From NCBI GenBank assembly GCA_017512045.1, contig JAFWHE010000012.1, positions 24,935 through 88,934 of the forward strand: a DNA stretch of 64,000 nucleotides, written 5' to 3'. The first letter of the stretch is position 1, and each line of letters opens with the position of its first letter. The translations under genes were made by a program, and so were the position numbers. Source of the stretch: Candidatus Saccharimonadota bacterium. Its GTDB lineage: Bacteria > Patescibacteriota > Saccharimonadia > Saccharimonadales > Saccharimonadaceae. The notes under the pieces are model-generated. The model was given only the letters and a program-made list of their open reading frames with translations. It ran no database searches and was not told where the DNA came from. This document shows, in pieces, positions 1 to 9,752 of this stretch.

Positions 1-867
1 GTGATTGACGCAGAGGATGCTAATGACGCACTTCGTGCCAACCTTGTGACTTTACACGGGCTATTCCGTCTAATGCTAGGTGGTGCACAACAGGCTTCTG
101 CCGGTGCTCCAGCTGCCCCAGCCCTCACCCCTAATGAAGAAGCCGATCTAGACCAAGCTTTGATAGATACTTATGCTCGTGCTGGTATCACCTCCGATGC
201 CTTAACGCATCAATCCACACCACCGACAATTGCCAATCTTTATGATACCTTACTACACATGGGTGGCACTGGACCAAATCTCGCTCAGCGCTTACGTAAG
301 TACACCACTGGTACTTTTGCCGGTATCTTCTCACAACAGTCTAACATTGATATTAATAACCAGATGGTCGTATTCAATATTCGCGACCTAGAAGATGAGC
401 TTCGTCCAGTAGCGATGTACATCGTGCTTTCTCATATCTGGAATGTGGTACGCGCACAACAAAAGCGCCGCTTGCTGATCGTAGATGAGGCTTGGCAGCT
501 CATGAAATACGATGATTCCGCTAATTTCTTATTCTCTCTAGCGAAGCGTGCTCGTAAGTACTATCTAGGTCTGACCACTATTACGCAGGACGTGGAAGAC
601 TTTATGTCATCCAAGATGGGCCGTGCAATTGTAGCAAACTCATCCATGCAAATTTTACTAAAGCAATCTAGCTCCGCTGTGGATGTATTGTCAGATGTGT
701 TTAAGCTAACAAGCGAGGAAAAGAAGCGTTTATCCAACTTCCCAGTGGGACAAGGTCTCTTCTTCGCTGGACAAAATCACGTCCACATTCAAGTGATTGC
801 CTCAGAGACAGAGGAAAGTCTGATTACGACCAATCCAGTACAGCAACAAGACCAACAAGGCCAATAG
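1..867 (+). CDS. virB4: VirB4/TraC-like type IV secretion ATPase, C-terminal part (runs in from the window edge)
   Basis: Walker B-like LLIVDEAW, then ARKYYLGLTTITQDVEDF and ANSSMQILLKQ, typical of the VirB4/TraC C-terminus. The N-terminus lies outside the window. Confidence 0.85.
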   Translation: MIDAEDANDALRANLVTLHGLFRLMLGGAQQASAGAPAAPALTPNEEADLDQALIDTYARAGITSDALTHQSTPPTIANLYDTLLHMGGTGPNLAQRLRKYTTGTFAGIFSQQSNIDINNQMVVFNIRDLEDELRPVAMYIVLSHIWNVVRAQQKRRLLIVDEAWQLMKYDDSANFLFSLAKRARKYYLGLTTITQDVEDFMSSKMGRAIVANSSMQILLKQSSSAVDVLSDVFKLTSEEKKRLSNFPVGQGLFFAGQNHVHIQVIASETEESLITTNPVQQQDQQGQ

Positions 868-913
868 CATAAATCTGGTATTTTTGTGCAGAATATGTTA
901 TAATTAAGCTGTT

Positions 914-3610
914 ATGGCTGGTCAGAAGAGCTACTTTGGAAAGGGTGATATTCGCCCAAATCTTCCAGGGGTCAAACAACCAGACAATCCTGCAGACCCA
1001 AATGTTTCTGCTAGGAATTCTTTGCGCTCGCTAGAAAATGCTGCCAATCGGAAAAATGCCTTAGGAAATACCGCCTCCCTCCTAGAAAACCAGCCCCCAT
1101 CTCACTCTCTTTATACTGGCAAAGGTAGATCCAATCGGGGGGAAATCAGCAAAAGCAACAGACTCGGTAAGGGTGGCTTGGGCAAAAAATTACTTCGTGC
1201 TGGATTGTTGAAAGCTACACCACTCCTAGTCATTGTCTTAATTTTGGCAGGTGGGATGTTCTTGATTTTTGGCTCATCATCATTTCTCGGCGCACATTTG
1301 GAAGCATTATTTACGGAGGCCACTAGCACAGATTACACTGCCTATACTATGCGTAGTAACGAAATCTTTAAAGAAATCTTGGCCGGTCAAATCCCAATGA
1401 ATGATTACCTGCGCGAGCGCCTAGAGAATGAGGATATAGAAGTTCATGGCAATACGCTAGTATATGATGGTATCACTATTAATGCTGGAAATTTTGACAC
1501 CGTCTATAACGGCAATGTTCACTTCCGCGAAGCGCTGACCTATGCACGCAGGGGTCGCATCGCCATGTTCTTTGATGACGTAGCCGATAGTTTTTACACC
1601 AAACTCGGTATGTCTAGAGATGTTTTCCATAATTACTCTGTTACTGGCAACCAAGAAGCTGATGATAGTAGTTATGATGGCCTGATGACTGGCTATTTTG
1701 GTGGCGGTTCTAGTATGGCCGTTAATACTGCTGAGGAGGTAGAAAAAGAGGATGACAAGGGAAATAAATACATAGATTATGAAGCCACTGGTGAAGACGT
1801 CTCTTCTGCTGGTGGCGGCGATGCGGAATCAGAGGCTAGGGCAAAAGCCTACATGGATGCCATCGGAGACAAAGTTGCTGCCAGGACACCAGGTTGTGCC
1901 GCTCTAGAAATTGGCAACATGGTTGCAACTGCAGTTGCATCTAATGAGCGCTATACCTCTGCGCATGACTATATGACAAAAATGGAAAGCCTGAGCAAAT
2001 CTAGGCAGGGCGAAGGAGATAATTCTGCAGTGCATTCTGTCCTAAATTGGTTCACCAAGTCTGAACCGTCCACCGTCTATGATGCCACAACCGGAGAAAA
2101 AACCACTGTCGTCGGTTCTCCTCTAGAAGCAGAGGGTATGCGTGTCATCCTGGGTGGTTTAACTGCAAACCGTAGCAATGCGAAAAAATTCTCCTTGGAA
2201 CGTTCCTACGAATCCACCAATATTAGCGTAGCTAATTCTGGGCTTTCCACGGCACTTTGTAATGTAGAACGCGCCACTCATACCCTAATTAGCCTTTCTG
2301 CGCTCGCCGTAGCAGGCGGGCCGTTGGTAAAAGCTACCATTGGTATCTTGCTAGATGTTCCTCTGGAGCTAGGCGTAAAAGTAGTCGCCAGTACTGTATT
2401 GTCACTCCTAATCCCGACTGTAGCACAAGTTATATTCCGCAATCCGTTCCCAGAGGCAGTCGGTATCGCTGGCGGAGAGTACTTTACGGAAGGGGCATCC
2501 AATATTAATATGCTTTCCGCGCAGCAAAACTCTGGCGCTACTGGGGCAAGGAAAGATCAAGTGTTGGCTTACAACCATGCTACCAATATCATCTTGGCAC
2601 AAGAGGCAGAAATTGATCGCGCCACTCATAGCCCATTTGATGCGAACAACCGTAATACTTTCCTTGGTAGCATTGTCAGTTCTATTTTACCGCTAGCTAC
2701 TTCGTCCAGTAGTTTAATCTCATCTGCAGGGACACTGGCCTCTATCACTAACAACTCTATTGCCATGCTACACCCAACTTATGCCGATGGAGAAAATACT
2801 TCTCTGATGACCAACTTCGGGCATTACTGTGATAAAGTCTCAGAAGTTGGCGCAACTGGCAATATTTATTGCACGATGATTACTACGCATGACCTATCCG
2901 TAATTAATACGCCAGAGGATAATGAAGAATATCGTAGCGTGATAGAGCTAAGCGTAGAAAAAGATGGCGACAAAGAGATAATTAAAGATGGTTCTCCATT
3001 AGCACATTTCATTGCTTATTGGATGAAACGATATTCCATGCCTGGTATTTACGATGCCAATATCGCCAATGCCTGCAAGAATGACAGTCGTCACATACCA
3101 ATTCTTTCCAACATTGTAGATATGGTTAAATCCTTGATGGGGGATGACTATTGTAAGTCGGTCGCCGATGGTTCGCGGTTTATAAACAGCCCAGACAATC
3201 CAGCCTGGGAAGAAATGGAAAAATGGCATCAGCTCTACGTAATTTCTGCCCGCGTAAAAAATAATCTAGGCGTTTATGGCGATGAAGATGACCCAGTCAC
3301 TACTTTTGCCAAGAAATATGATGAGGAACATCCATTAGATAACTCCCGCTCTGGCTACCTTGCCCGTATTTCTGGCATGACAAAGAATGAGGCAGAGGAT
3401 GTGATTGCTGCCGTGGATTATCTCCAAAAAATCGCGAATTACAATCCATCCGCACGATATAGCTTCTTGGACGACAACCCATCCAACCAATTTACAATTT
3501 TAGCAAGCAAGCTAAGTGACAACATAAATAGCTCTGCTAAGGCTGAAGCCATTGCGATTTTACCGAGAGAGATTCAGTACGCATATCAAGCTCAAGGAGT
3601 AACCGCATGA
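914..3610 (+). CDS. 898-aa membrane protein of unknown function downstream of VirB4
   Basis: Long ORF with a basic low-complexity N-terminus, a TM helix (LLVIVLILAGGMFLIFG), a central ~50-aa hydrophobic stretch and several Cys pairs. TGtTATAAT at 896-904. Confidence 0.85.
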   Translation: MAGQKSYFGKGDIRPNLPGVKQPDNPADPNVSARNSLRSLENAANRKNALGNTASLLENQPPSHSLYTGKGRSNRGEISKSNRLGKGGLGKKLLRAGLLKATPLLVIVLILAGGMFLIFGSSSFLGAHLEALFTEATSTDYTAYTMRSNEIFKEILAGQIPMNDYLRERLENEDIEVHGNTLVYDGITINAGNFDTVYNGNVHFREALTYARRGRIAMFFDDVADSFYTKLGMSRDVFHNYSVTGNQEADDSSYDGLMTGYFGGGSSMAVNTAEEVEKEDDKGNKYIDYEATGEDVSSAGGGDAESEARAKAYMDAIGDKVAARTPGCAALEIGNMVATAVASNERYTSAHDYMTKMESLSKSRQGEGDNSAVHSVLNWFTKSEPSTVYDATTGEKTTVVGSPLEAEGMRVILGGLTANRSNAKKFSLERSYESTNISVANSGLSTALCNVERATHTLISLSALAVAGGPLVKATIGILLDVPLELGVKVVASTVLSLLIPTVAQVIFRNPFPEAVGIAGGEYFTEGASNINMLSAQQNSGATGARKDQVLAYNHATNIILAQEAEIDRATHSPFDANNRNTFLGSIVSSILPLATSSSSLISSAGTLASITNNSIAMLHPTYADGENTSLMTNFGHYCDKVSEVGATGNIYCTMITTHDLSVINTPEDNEEYRSVIELSVEKDGDKEIIKDGSPLAHFIAYWMKRYSMPGIYDANIANACKNDSRHIPILSNIVDMVKSLMGDDYCKSVADGSRFINSPDNPAWEEMEKWHQLYVISARVKNNLGVYGDEDDPVTTFAKKYDEEHPLDNSRSGYLARISGMTKNEAEDVIAAVDYLQKIANYNPSARYSFLDDNPSNQFTILASKLSDNINSSAKAEAIAILPREIQYAYQAQGVTA

Positions 3611-4788
3611 AGCACCAACGCATAATTAGCTTGCTGATAGCTGGTGCTATTGCAGCCTCCGGCTTCAGCGGTGTGGTTTTTTCTACCAATACTTTCGCCA
3701 AGCCGCGTAGCACCCTAAAAGAGAAGTTACTAGATTTTTTAGATAAAAACGGAATCTACTATTATAATGCTGCTAGCAGTTACGCCGACAATTGTTATGA
3801 AGGCGTCGGCAGTTATGATGGTGTGGCAACGGCAGGGTTATCTGGTTTGCAATCAGCATTCGTAGACCAATATCATGATATCGCCGCCCAACTTGGTGCA
3901 CAATATGGCATCCCATGGGAAGCAGTTGTCGCACAGGGCATCCTAGAGTCGGCCTCTGGCACTAGCAATTTTGCCAGAAATCGCAATAATTTCTTTGGTA
4001 TTGGCGCAGTAGATAGTAACCCAGGTGCTGCCAAATCTTACGGCTCTGCCGCAGAAGGGTGGCGTGGATATTACGAATTTATCAATAATAATCCTCGCTA
4101 TCGCAACCACGGAGCATTTAATTACGCTGGAGACCCATATGGTTATATTCAAGCCGTCAAAGCTGCTGGCTATGCCACAGACCCGAATTACGTATCAAAG
4201 GTAAGCAGCATTATCAAAGCAATTCAAAACCGCTCCACAGAAAAAGGCTGGGAGGCATCTTCCGCCGTAGCCAGCTCCAGCACTAGTTATGCTGGAGTAG
4301 CTAATATTTGCGACAATGGCACGGCAGGGAATGGCGATGTCAATTCTATGGCCCTGGCACTATCATGGGCTGACCGCTCTCATTCACTCAATGACCCAAA
4401 CAGCGCCTATCGCCAAGCTCTCGCCGCAACCGGCTTGAGTAATTATGGGGAAAAATATGTCCAGATGGGCGCCAGCTGTGATGCTTTCGTGGCTGCAGTA
4501 TTGCGCTATTCCGGCGCCGATCCAAATGTACCTTGTTGCGGTACTGGAACTATGCTAAATTATTTTGCTTCTCATCCAGAGAAATACGTAGAAGTACCAA
4601 ATATCGGCAATCAATCCAACTTGCAAGGTGGCGACATCAGAATTAAGGTCGGCCACGTAGAAATCTATACCGTAGACCAAAGTGGCGCTGGCAGAATAGC
4701 TTCCGCCTCTCACGGAGACCGCACTGCCGACCACGCCAGAGGATATTATAATGATTCGGGATACAGAATCTTTAGGTTAAGGCAATAA
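3607..4788 (+). CDS. Secreted peptidoglycan hydrolase A: GH73 glucosaminidase + C-terminal Cys/His papain-like (NlpC/P60/CHAP-like) amidase
   Basis: Signal peptide; AQGILESASG...NNFFGI...GYATDPNY (GH73 motifs); GASCDAFV...GHVEIY dyad. ATGA overlap with the upstream gene. Confidence 0.8.
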   Translation: MKHQRIISLLIAGAIAASGFSGVVFSTNTFAKPRSTLKEKLLDFLDKNGIYYYNAASSYADNCYEGVGSYDGVATAGLSGLQSAFVDQYHDIAAQLGAQYGIPWEAVVAQGILESASGTSNFARNRNNFFGIGAVDSNPGAAKSYGSAAEGWRGYYEFINNNPRYRNHGAFNYAGDPYGYIQAVKAAGYATDPNYVSKVSSIIKAIQNRSTEKGWEASSAVASSSTSYAGVANICDNGTAGNGDVNSMALALSWADRSHSLNDPNSAYRQALAATGLSNYGEKYVQMGASCDAFVAAVLRYSGADPNVPCCGTGTMLNYFASHPEKYVEVPNIGNQSNLQGGDIRIKVGHVEIYTVDQSGAGRIASASHGDRTADHARGYYNDSGYRIFRLRQ

Positions 4789-4801
4789 GAGGAGTGAGGA
4801 A

Positions 4802-5452
4802 ATGATAAAGAGTTACATTAAATCACATCCAATCACATTTACCATCCTAAGCCTCCTGGTCTTTGCGACCATTATTCTAGTTATCACCGCACTGAATATG
4901 AAGTCTACTGGTGAAGTAGAAATATGCGTAGCGCCAGAATCTGCAACTGTCACTATTGACGGCAAAAAGTATCAGAACGGTACATATCGCTTACCAACTG
5001 GTGAATTGAAAGTTCATATAGAAAAAGACGGCTTCACTTCGCAAGATTTATCTATCAATAATAGTGGCGCTAATGTCACGAAGATTTATGCTTATTTAGT
5101 TCAATCTGATGGTAGTATGTCCTGGTATAATACGCACGAAAGTGATGCACTATTACTAAATACGATTGGGGATTACCTAGCAGAGAAAAAAGCTGATGAG
5201 TATACCGAGAAACATCCTATTATTTCTAGCTTGCCGATTATCTATGCTAACTATGATGAGAATTATAATTACACTGAATACCGTATAGATGGCGGTAGTT
5301 TCCCTGAATGCGATCAAGATTTCTGCCTGAAGATTACCGATACTACCGGTGATAATCTGGAAAACGCCAAAAGTAAAATCCGCGAAGCTGGGTTTAATCC
5401 GGACGAATATGAAATCCTGTACGAATATTTGCCGATTATACCGCTGGAATAA
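4802..5452 (+). CDS. Membrane-anchored PEGA-like domain protein (partner A)
   Basis: N-terminal TM helix; PESATVTIDGKKYQNGTYRLPTGELKVHIEKDGF matches the PEGA pattern; SD-like AGGAG/GAGG upstream. Confidence 0.7.
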   Translation: MIKSYIKSHPITFTILSLLVFATIILVITALNMKSTGEVEICVAPESATVTIDGKKYQNGTYRLPTGELKVHIEKDGFTSQDLSINNSGANVTKIYAYLVQSDGSMSWYNTHESDALLLNTIGDYLAEKKADEYTEKHPIISSLPIIYANYDENYNYTEYRIDGGSFPECDQDFCLKITDTTGDNLENAKSKIREAGFNPDEYEILYEYLPIIPLE

Positions 5453-5475
5453 TTTTTCTGGTATAATATAACCAT

Positions 5476-6897
5476 ATGGGTTATAGAAAGACATCTGTCC
5501 TGAAGATTGCTGGTCTTTTTCTAGTGGCTTTTTTGATGATTTTTAGTAATAGTCAGAGAGTTTCTGCATATAACCTAGGGAATAAGTGGGAAACAATTTT
5601 CAAGAATAATCGATTTTTATTTTGGAATCCGTATGAGAAAGTGAGAAGAGGCGACCAGTGCGAAGACTTTGGCGAAGATGACCCATATGACCCAGCAGAA
5701 GATCAGGAGCCAGACCAGCCGGATCCAGAACCAGGCGACGATGTCTGGGATGGTCATTGTAGCGGCGTAGGTTCCTATGCTGGTAGTAATGGAGCTCTTG
5801 AAAGATTCTTTTCAGCAGTATACGACGTCGCGAAAAGCAATGGCCTCCCTTGGGAAGCATTACTAGCTCAAATCATCCAAGAATCAAGCGGTGGCAGACA
5901 CGAAGCTTGTCCATTTAATCCTCTTGGATTAAAAAGCTTTAAATCATATCCGCCAGCTTGCGATTCTCGTAACCATGCCACATTTAAGAGCTACCAAGAG
6001 GCATTCCAATATTATGTCGATCATATTATTAGAGTGCGTGAAGCAAAAGGTAAATATCCAAACAATCCATATGCCTATATAGCTTTTTTGCAGACTGAAC
6101 CAAACAAATATGCTCAATCGCCTACATATGTAAATAATGTTTCAGGTTTGATCTGCGGAATCCAAAAGTGGGCTCAGTCGACCAATAAACCAACCTCTTC
6201 CGTCACATATGATAGATATGCTGGCGGGAACGGTGAGCCTATCGGTGGAAATCCTGCCGATGAAGAGGGAACTGATCCAAATCCACCAGTGCAGAGACGA
6301 AAAACTGCAGAATGCCCAGAAGAGGAAGAAGTCCCAGATCCTGAGATAGACCCTACTGAGCCAGAGCCAGAACCAGAGCCAGAATCTCCTTGTGAAGGTG
6401 AAGAATGTGAAAAAGGCTGCCTTACTTATAGTCAAGGACAAGCACTCATGAGCAAATACCGTAGCTTCTCCCCGCGATGGGTCAACCAGAATCCTATGCT
6501 AAAGAATACATATGGCATTAGTGCCACACAGAGTTGTACAAGTGATTTGGAAAACTGTTCTGCCTTTGTGAAATTCTACATCAAAGAGAAAACTGGCGTT
6601 ACAATGGCATCAATTGGTAATGGTAGCCAGGTAGTTGGTAATCTCATTTCTCGTGGATGGCAGAATGGTGGACACACCCCGAAACCTGGAGCTGTATTCA
6701 GCACCCATTCTGGATCCACCATGTGTGGCACTGTTAAATGTGGACATACCGGGGTGGTAGTTGCAATATCTGGAAATACTATCTATATCGCAGAGGCTGG
6801 TTGTTCGAAGCCATTTTCTTGGACCGGTATTCACGCAAAATCATTATCGCAATATAAATCAAGTAGTTATACCTACGCTTACCCACCAGGATGTTAA
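5476..6897 (+). CDS. Secreted peptidoglycan hydrolase B: GH73/lysozyme-like domain + CHAP domain, with acidic Pro/Glu/Asp linkers
   Basis: Signal peptide; LPWEALLAQIIQESSGG...NPLGLK...YAQSPTY; LENCSAFV...GHTGVVVAI...IAEA (CHAP Cys/His/Glu). Confidence 0.78.
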   Translation: MGYRKTSVLKIAGLFLVAFLMIFSNSQRVSAYNLGNKWETIFKNNRFLFWNPYEKVRRGDQCEDFGEDDPYDPAEDQEPDQPDPEPGDDVWDGHCSGVGSYAGSNGALERFFSAVYDVAKSNGLPWEALLAQIIQESSGGRHEACPFNPLGLKSFKSYPPACDSRNHATFKSYQEAFQYYVDHIIRVREAKGKYPNNPYAYIAFLQTEPNKYAQSPTYVNNVSGLICGIQKWAQSTNKPTSSVTYDRYAGGNGEPIGGNPADEEGTDPNPPVQRRKTAECPEEEEVPDPEIDPTEPEPEPEPESPCEGEECEKGCLTYSQGQALMSKYRSFSPRWVNQNPMLKNTYGISATQSCTSDLENCSAFVKFYIKEKTGVTMASIGNGSQVVGNLISRGWQNGGHTPKPGAVFSTHSGSTMCGTVKCGHTGVVVAISGNTIYIAEAGCSKPFSWTGIHAKSLSQYKSSSYTYAYPPGC

Positions 6898-6899
6898 TT

Positions 6900-7628
6900 A
6901 TGAAAGAGAAAATTCAATCATTACTAAAATCAAAAGTTACTATACCTGCTATATTATTAGCTGTTACATTATGTATAGTCGTAGTCATATTTATTTTTAT
7001 AATTAATAAAACTCCATCTACACAAATTAATAATTTGTCATCTTTTGATAAAAGCATCCCATCAGATATCAAAGAAAATATTTATACATCGCTTTATAAT
7101 TTAATTAAAACTAACAATATTGATAATCCTCCATCTGATGGCGCTATGGTTAGAGGAAACACATTTGCAACTACGGAAGATGAGGAGGGAACTACTTACA
7201 CATCTTTTATAGTTGACTTGGAAAAATTACAGCAATCTTACTTTGTCCAATATGAATATAATAAAAATAAAAACTTTTTCAGCACTAGTAACCCCGTAGT
7301 AGTCTCCTGTATTTATGATGAGTCACAAATTATATATAAAGATTTCCATTGCAAAGACGAATTTACTTATAATCCAGAAAATGATGATGTATATTGGTAT
7401 ATTGCAACCCAAATACCATACTCATTACAGCTAGATCCAGAAAACTACATTACTATAACTAGTGGTAATTCCGAATCGGAGCTAAACTTACGCATTGATA
7501 AATGCGATCCAGCTGGTACATATCAATCAATTGAAAAAGTTAAATCATGGATTAATTTACTTGGAGTTGATCCAGAATTATTTACTTTCAATACTTATTG
7601 TAATCCAGACAAGGTTACAGATAATTAG
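6900..7628 (+). CDS. Membrane-anchored hypothetical protein (partner B)
   Basis: N-terminal TM helix; C-terminus resembles partner A. Start placed at ATG 6900, just after the hydrolase B stop. Confidence 0.7.
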   Translation: MKEKIQSLLKSKVTIPAILLAVTLCIVVVIFIFIINKTPSTQINNLSSFDKSIPSDIKENIYTSLYNLIKTNNIDNPPSDGAMVRGNTFATTEDEEGTTYTSFIVDLEKLQQSYFVQYEYNKNKNFFSTSNPVVVSCIYDESQIIYKDFHCKDEFTYNPENDDVYWYIATQIPYSLQLDPENYITITSGNSESELNLRIDKCDPAGTYQSIEKVKSWINLLGVDPELFTFNTYCNPDKVTDN

Positions 7629-8641
7629 TCCACCCCTTCCACACTAGTCAAAATCACTTGGTGGTCTTTGAAATTATCTACCAAACTCTTCTGCCTAGTC
7701 TTATCTAGCTCGGAAAATACATCATCTAGCAACACCACTGGCTTTTTTCCAAGTACCTGATAAATATTCCTCGCCTCTATAAATTTCAGTGCTAAGATAA
7801 TACTTCTCACCTCCCCACGTGAAGCGCTACCATTTGCACTATTCCCATTAAAAATAAACTCATAATCATCCTTATGTATACCAAAATTAGTATGTCCAGT
7901 ATAAATATCCCTATCCGCATCCATCGCCAGAAGTCGTAGATATTCACTTTCTTCTACACTACCAGTATTGCTCTGGTATTTCAAATTTATCTTATCATTA
8001 TTCTTTGCTATAGAATGATATGTCTTTGTGATTTCTTGATTAATGTTATCCACCAGATCCGCCCTACATTTCCTAATTTCCACACCATACTTCGCCAACA
8101 TTATATCCCAAGAAAACAACATATCTTGAGTAATATTTTCCTGCTTTAATAGTTCATTACGCTGCTTCAGAGCTTTATTATATCGAGAAAGAGCATTACT
8201 ATATTTTTCATTTAATTGACTAATCACTCGATCACAATAATCACGCCTTTTAGTAGGAGAAGTAGCAATTAAATGTAAATCTTCTGGTAGAAATAATATC
8301 ACGGGATAGCGATGCTTCTTTGGTAATCTAGCAGATTTTTTATCTTGGATGAGAAACATCTTTTTTCCGCTATCACCATCATAAGTTACCACTGTTTTTC
8401 CGCCATTTATATAATCCAACTCTATACGGTAAAAATCCATCTCTCGCTTAAGAATATCCCTGTCGGTTGCCCGAAAACTTTTCCCATATAATGCAATATA
8501 GATTGCCTCTAATACTGAGGTTTTTCCACAACCATTTTCGCCCAATATTAGTGTGGTCTCTTTATTACAATCTAACTGATAACTCTCGTGACTACGGAAG
8601 TTTCTTAAACTTACTTTCTTTATAATTACATTATTATTCAT
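7625..8641 (-). CDS. recF: DNA replication/repair protein RecF
   Basis: FRSH, GENGCGKTS Walker A, ASRGE signature, VLLDDVFSELD; directly downstream of dnaN. Confidence 0.95.
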   Translation of the reverse strand: MNNNVIIKKVSLRNFRSHESYQLDCNKETTLILGENGCGKTSVLEAIYIALYGKSFRATDRDILKREMDFYRIELDYINGGKTVVTYDGDSGKKMFLIQDKKSARLPKKHRYPVILFLPEDLHLIATSPTKRRDYCDRVISQLNEKYSNALSRYNKALKQRNELLKQENITQDMLFSWDIMLAKYGVEIRKCRADLVDNINQEITKTYHSIAKNNDKINLKYQSNTGSVEESEYLRLLAMDADRDIYTGHTNFGIHKDDYEFIFNGNSANGSASRGEVRSIILALKFIEARNIYQVLGKKPVVLLDDVFSELDKTRQKSLVDNFKDHQVILTSVEGVD

Positions 8642-8642
8642 C

Positions 8643-9752
8643 TTAGATATTGAGTGGCATCACAATATGACGATAATCTTTATTTTTTGCATTCATAATT
8701 AAGATTGGCGGCACACCATTATCACCAAATTCAAACTTCACTTTATCTTCATCGCAAACAGAAAGAGCCTCTAGTAGATAACGTGAGTCCACCTTAACCT
8801 TACCATCTAATTTTACCTCTGTATTGATTTCTGACTTATTCTCACCAACTTCATTAGAAATAGAATAAACATATAAAACCCCATTATCCTTGGATGATTC
8901 ACAGACTATAACGCGATTAGATTCTCTAGCGAATAAGCCAGCCATTTTCACAATCCTAATTAATTCCTCACGATCTAACACCAGCTTTACATTATTATCA
9001 TCTGGAATTAACCTACGATAATCCGGAAATGTGCCGTCTATAAGTTTAGAAATAATTTCTACCTCACCCATCCGGAAACGCACTTGTGAATCATCAAAGA
9101 TACACTCCACTTCCTCTACATCATCAGATATAGAACGTAGAACTTCCTGAAGTGTAGCCTTTGGCACGATAGCTTTCACTTCACTCTCCACTCCTTTTAT
9201 GAATAGCTTCTCTGCTAAGCGGTAGCCATCTGTCGCTGCAATATAGAGGTTACCGTCATCAGTATTAAAATATACACCTGTAAGTGCTGGACGCGTTGTA
9301 TCACCACTAGCCGCAATCACAATCTGCTCCAACCCCGCTTTAAACTCATCTACTGGCATTTTATAGGTAACAGATTTCTCTTCATCAATCTCTGGTAATT
9401 CTGGAAAATCATCTGGTGCTATACCATTAATGACGGATGAATACTTACCAGCTGTAATTTTTACCTTATTATTATCTGATTTTATCTTAATCTTTTCTTT
9501 ATGGGGTAGATTTTGAGCGAATTCTGCTAGTAATCTGGCTGGGACTGTAATAGCACCATCTTCTGCACTAATTACTGGGATATAATCTATAATTGCCATA
9601 TCTAGATTAGTAGTGGTGAGAGATACTTTACCTTTGTTAGCTTTAATTAAAACATTAGTTAGGATTGGTAAAGTAGATTTGGCTCCTACTGCCACTCTAC
9701 TAACTAAATTGAGTGCCTTTGCTAATTTTTCTTGTGATACTTCCAACTCCAT
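8643..9752 (-). CDS. dnaN: DNA polymerase III beta clamp
   Basis: STLPILTNVLI, TRPALTGV, ATDGYRLA, GTFPDY, C-terminal IVMPL; AGGAGG SD. Confidence 0.97.
   Translation of the reverse strand: MELEVSQEKLAKALNLVSRVAVGAKSTLPILTNVLIKANKGKVSLTTTNLDMAIIDYIPVISAEDGAITVPARLLAEFAQNLPHKEKIKIKSDNNKVKITAGKYSSVINGIAPDDFPELPEIDEEKSVTYKMPVDEFKAGLEQIVIAASGDTTRPALTGVYFNTDDGNLYIAATDGYRLAEKLFIKGVESEVKAIVPKATLQEVLRSISDDVEEVECIFDDSQVRFRMGEVEIISKLIDGTFPDYRRLIPDDNNVKLVLDREELIRIVKMAGLFARESNRVIVCESSKDNGVLYVYSISNEVGENKSEINTEVKLDGKVKVDSRYLLEALSVCDEDKVKFEFGDNGVPPILIMNAKNKDYRHIVMPLNI

Noticed and set aside
8522-8530. TTTTCCACA inside recF (similar hits at 11398-11406 and ~10248 in dnaA)
   Set aside because: Isolated hits explained by coding constraints (GCGK, VWKN, MCGK); not phased pairs.
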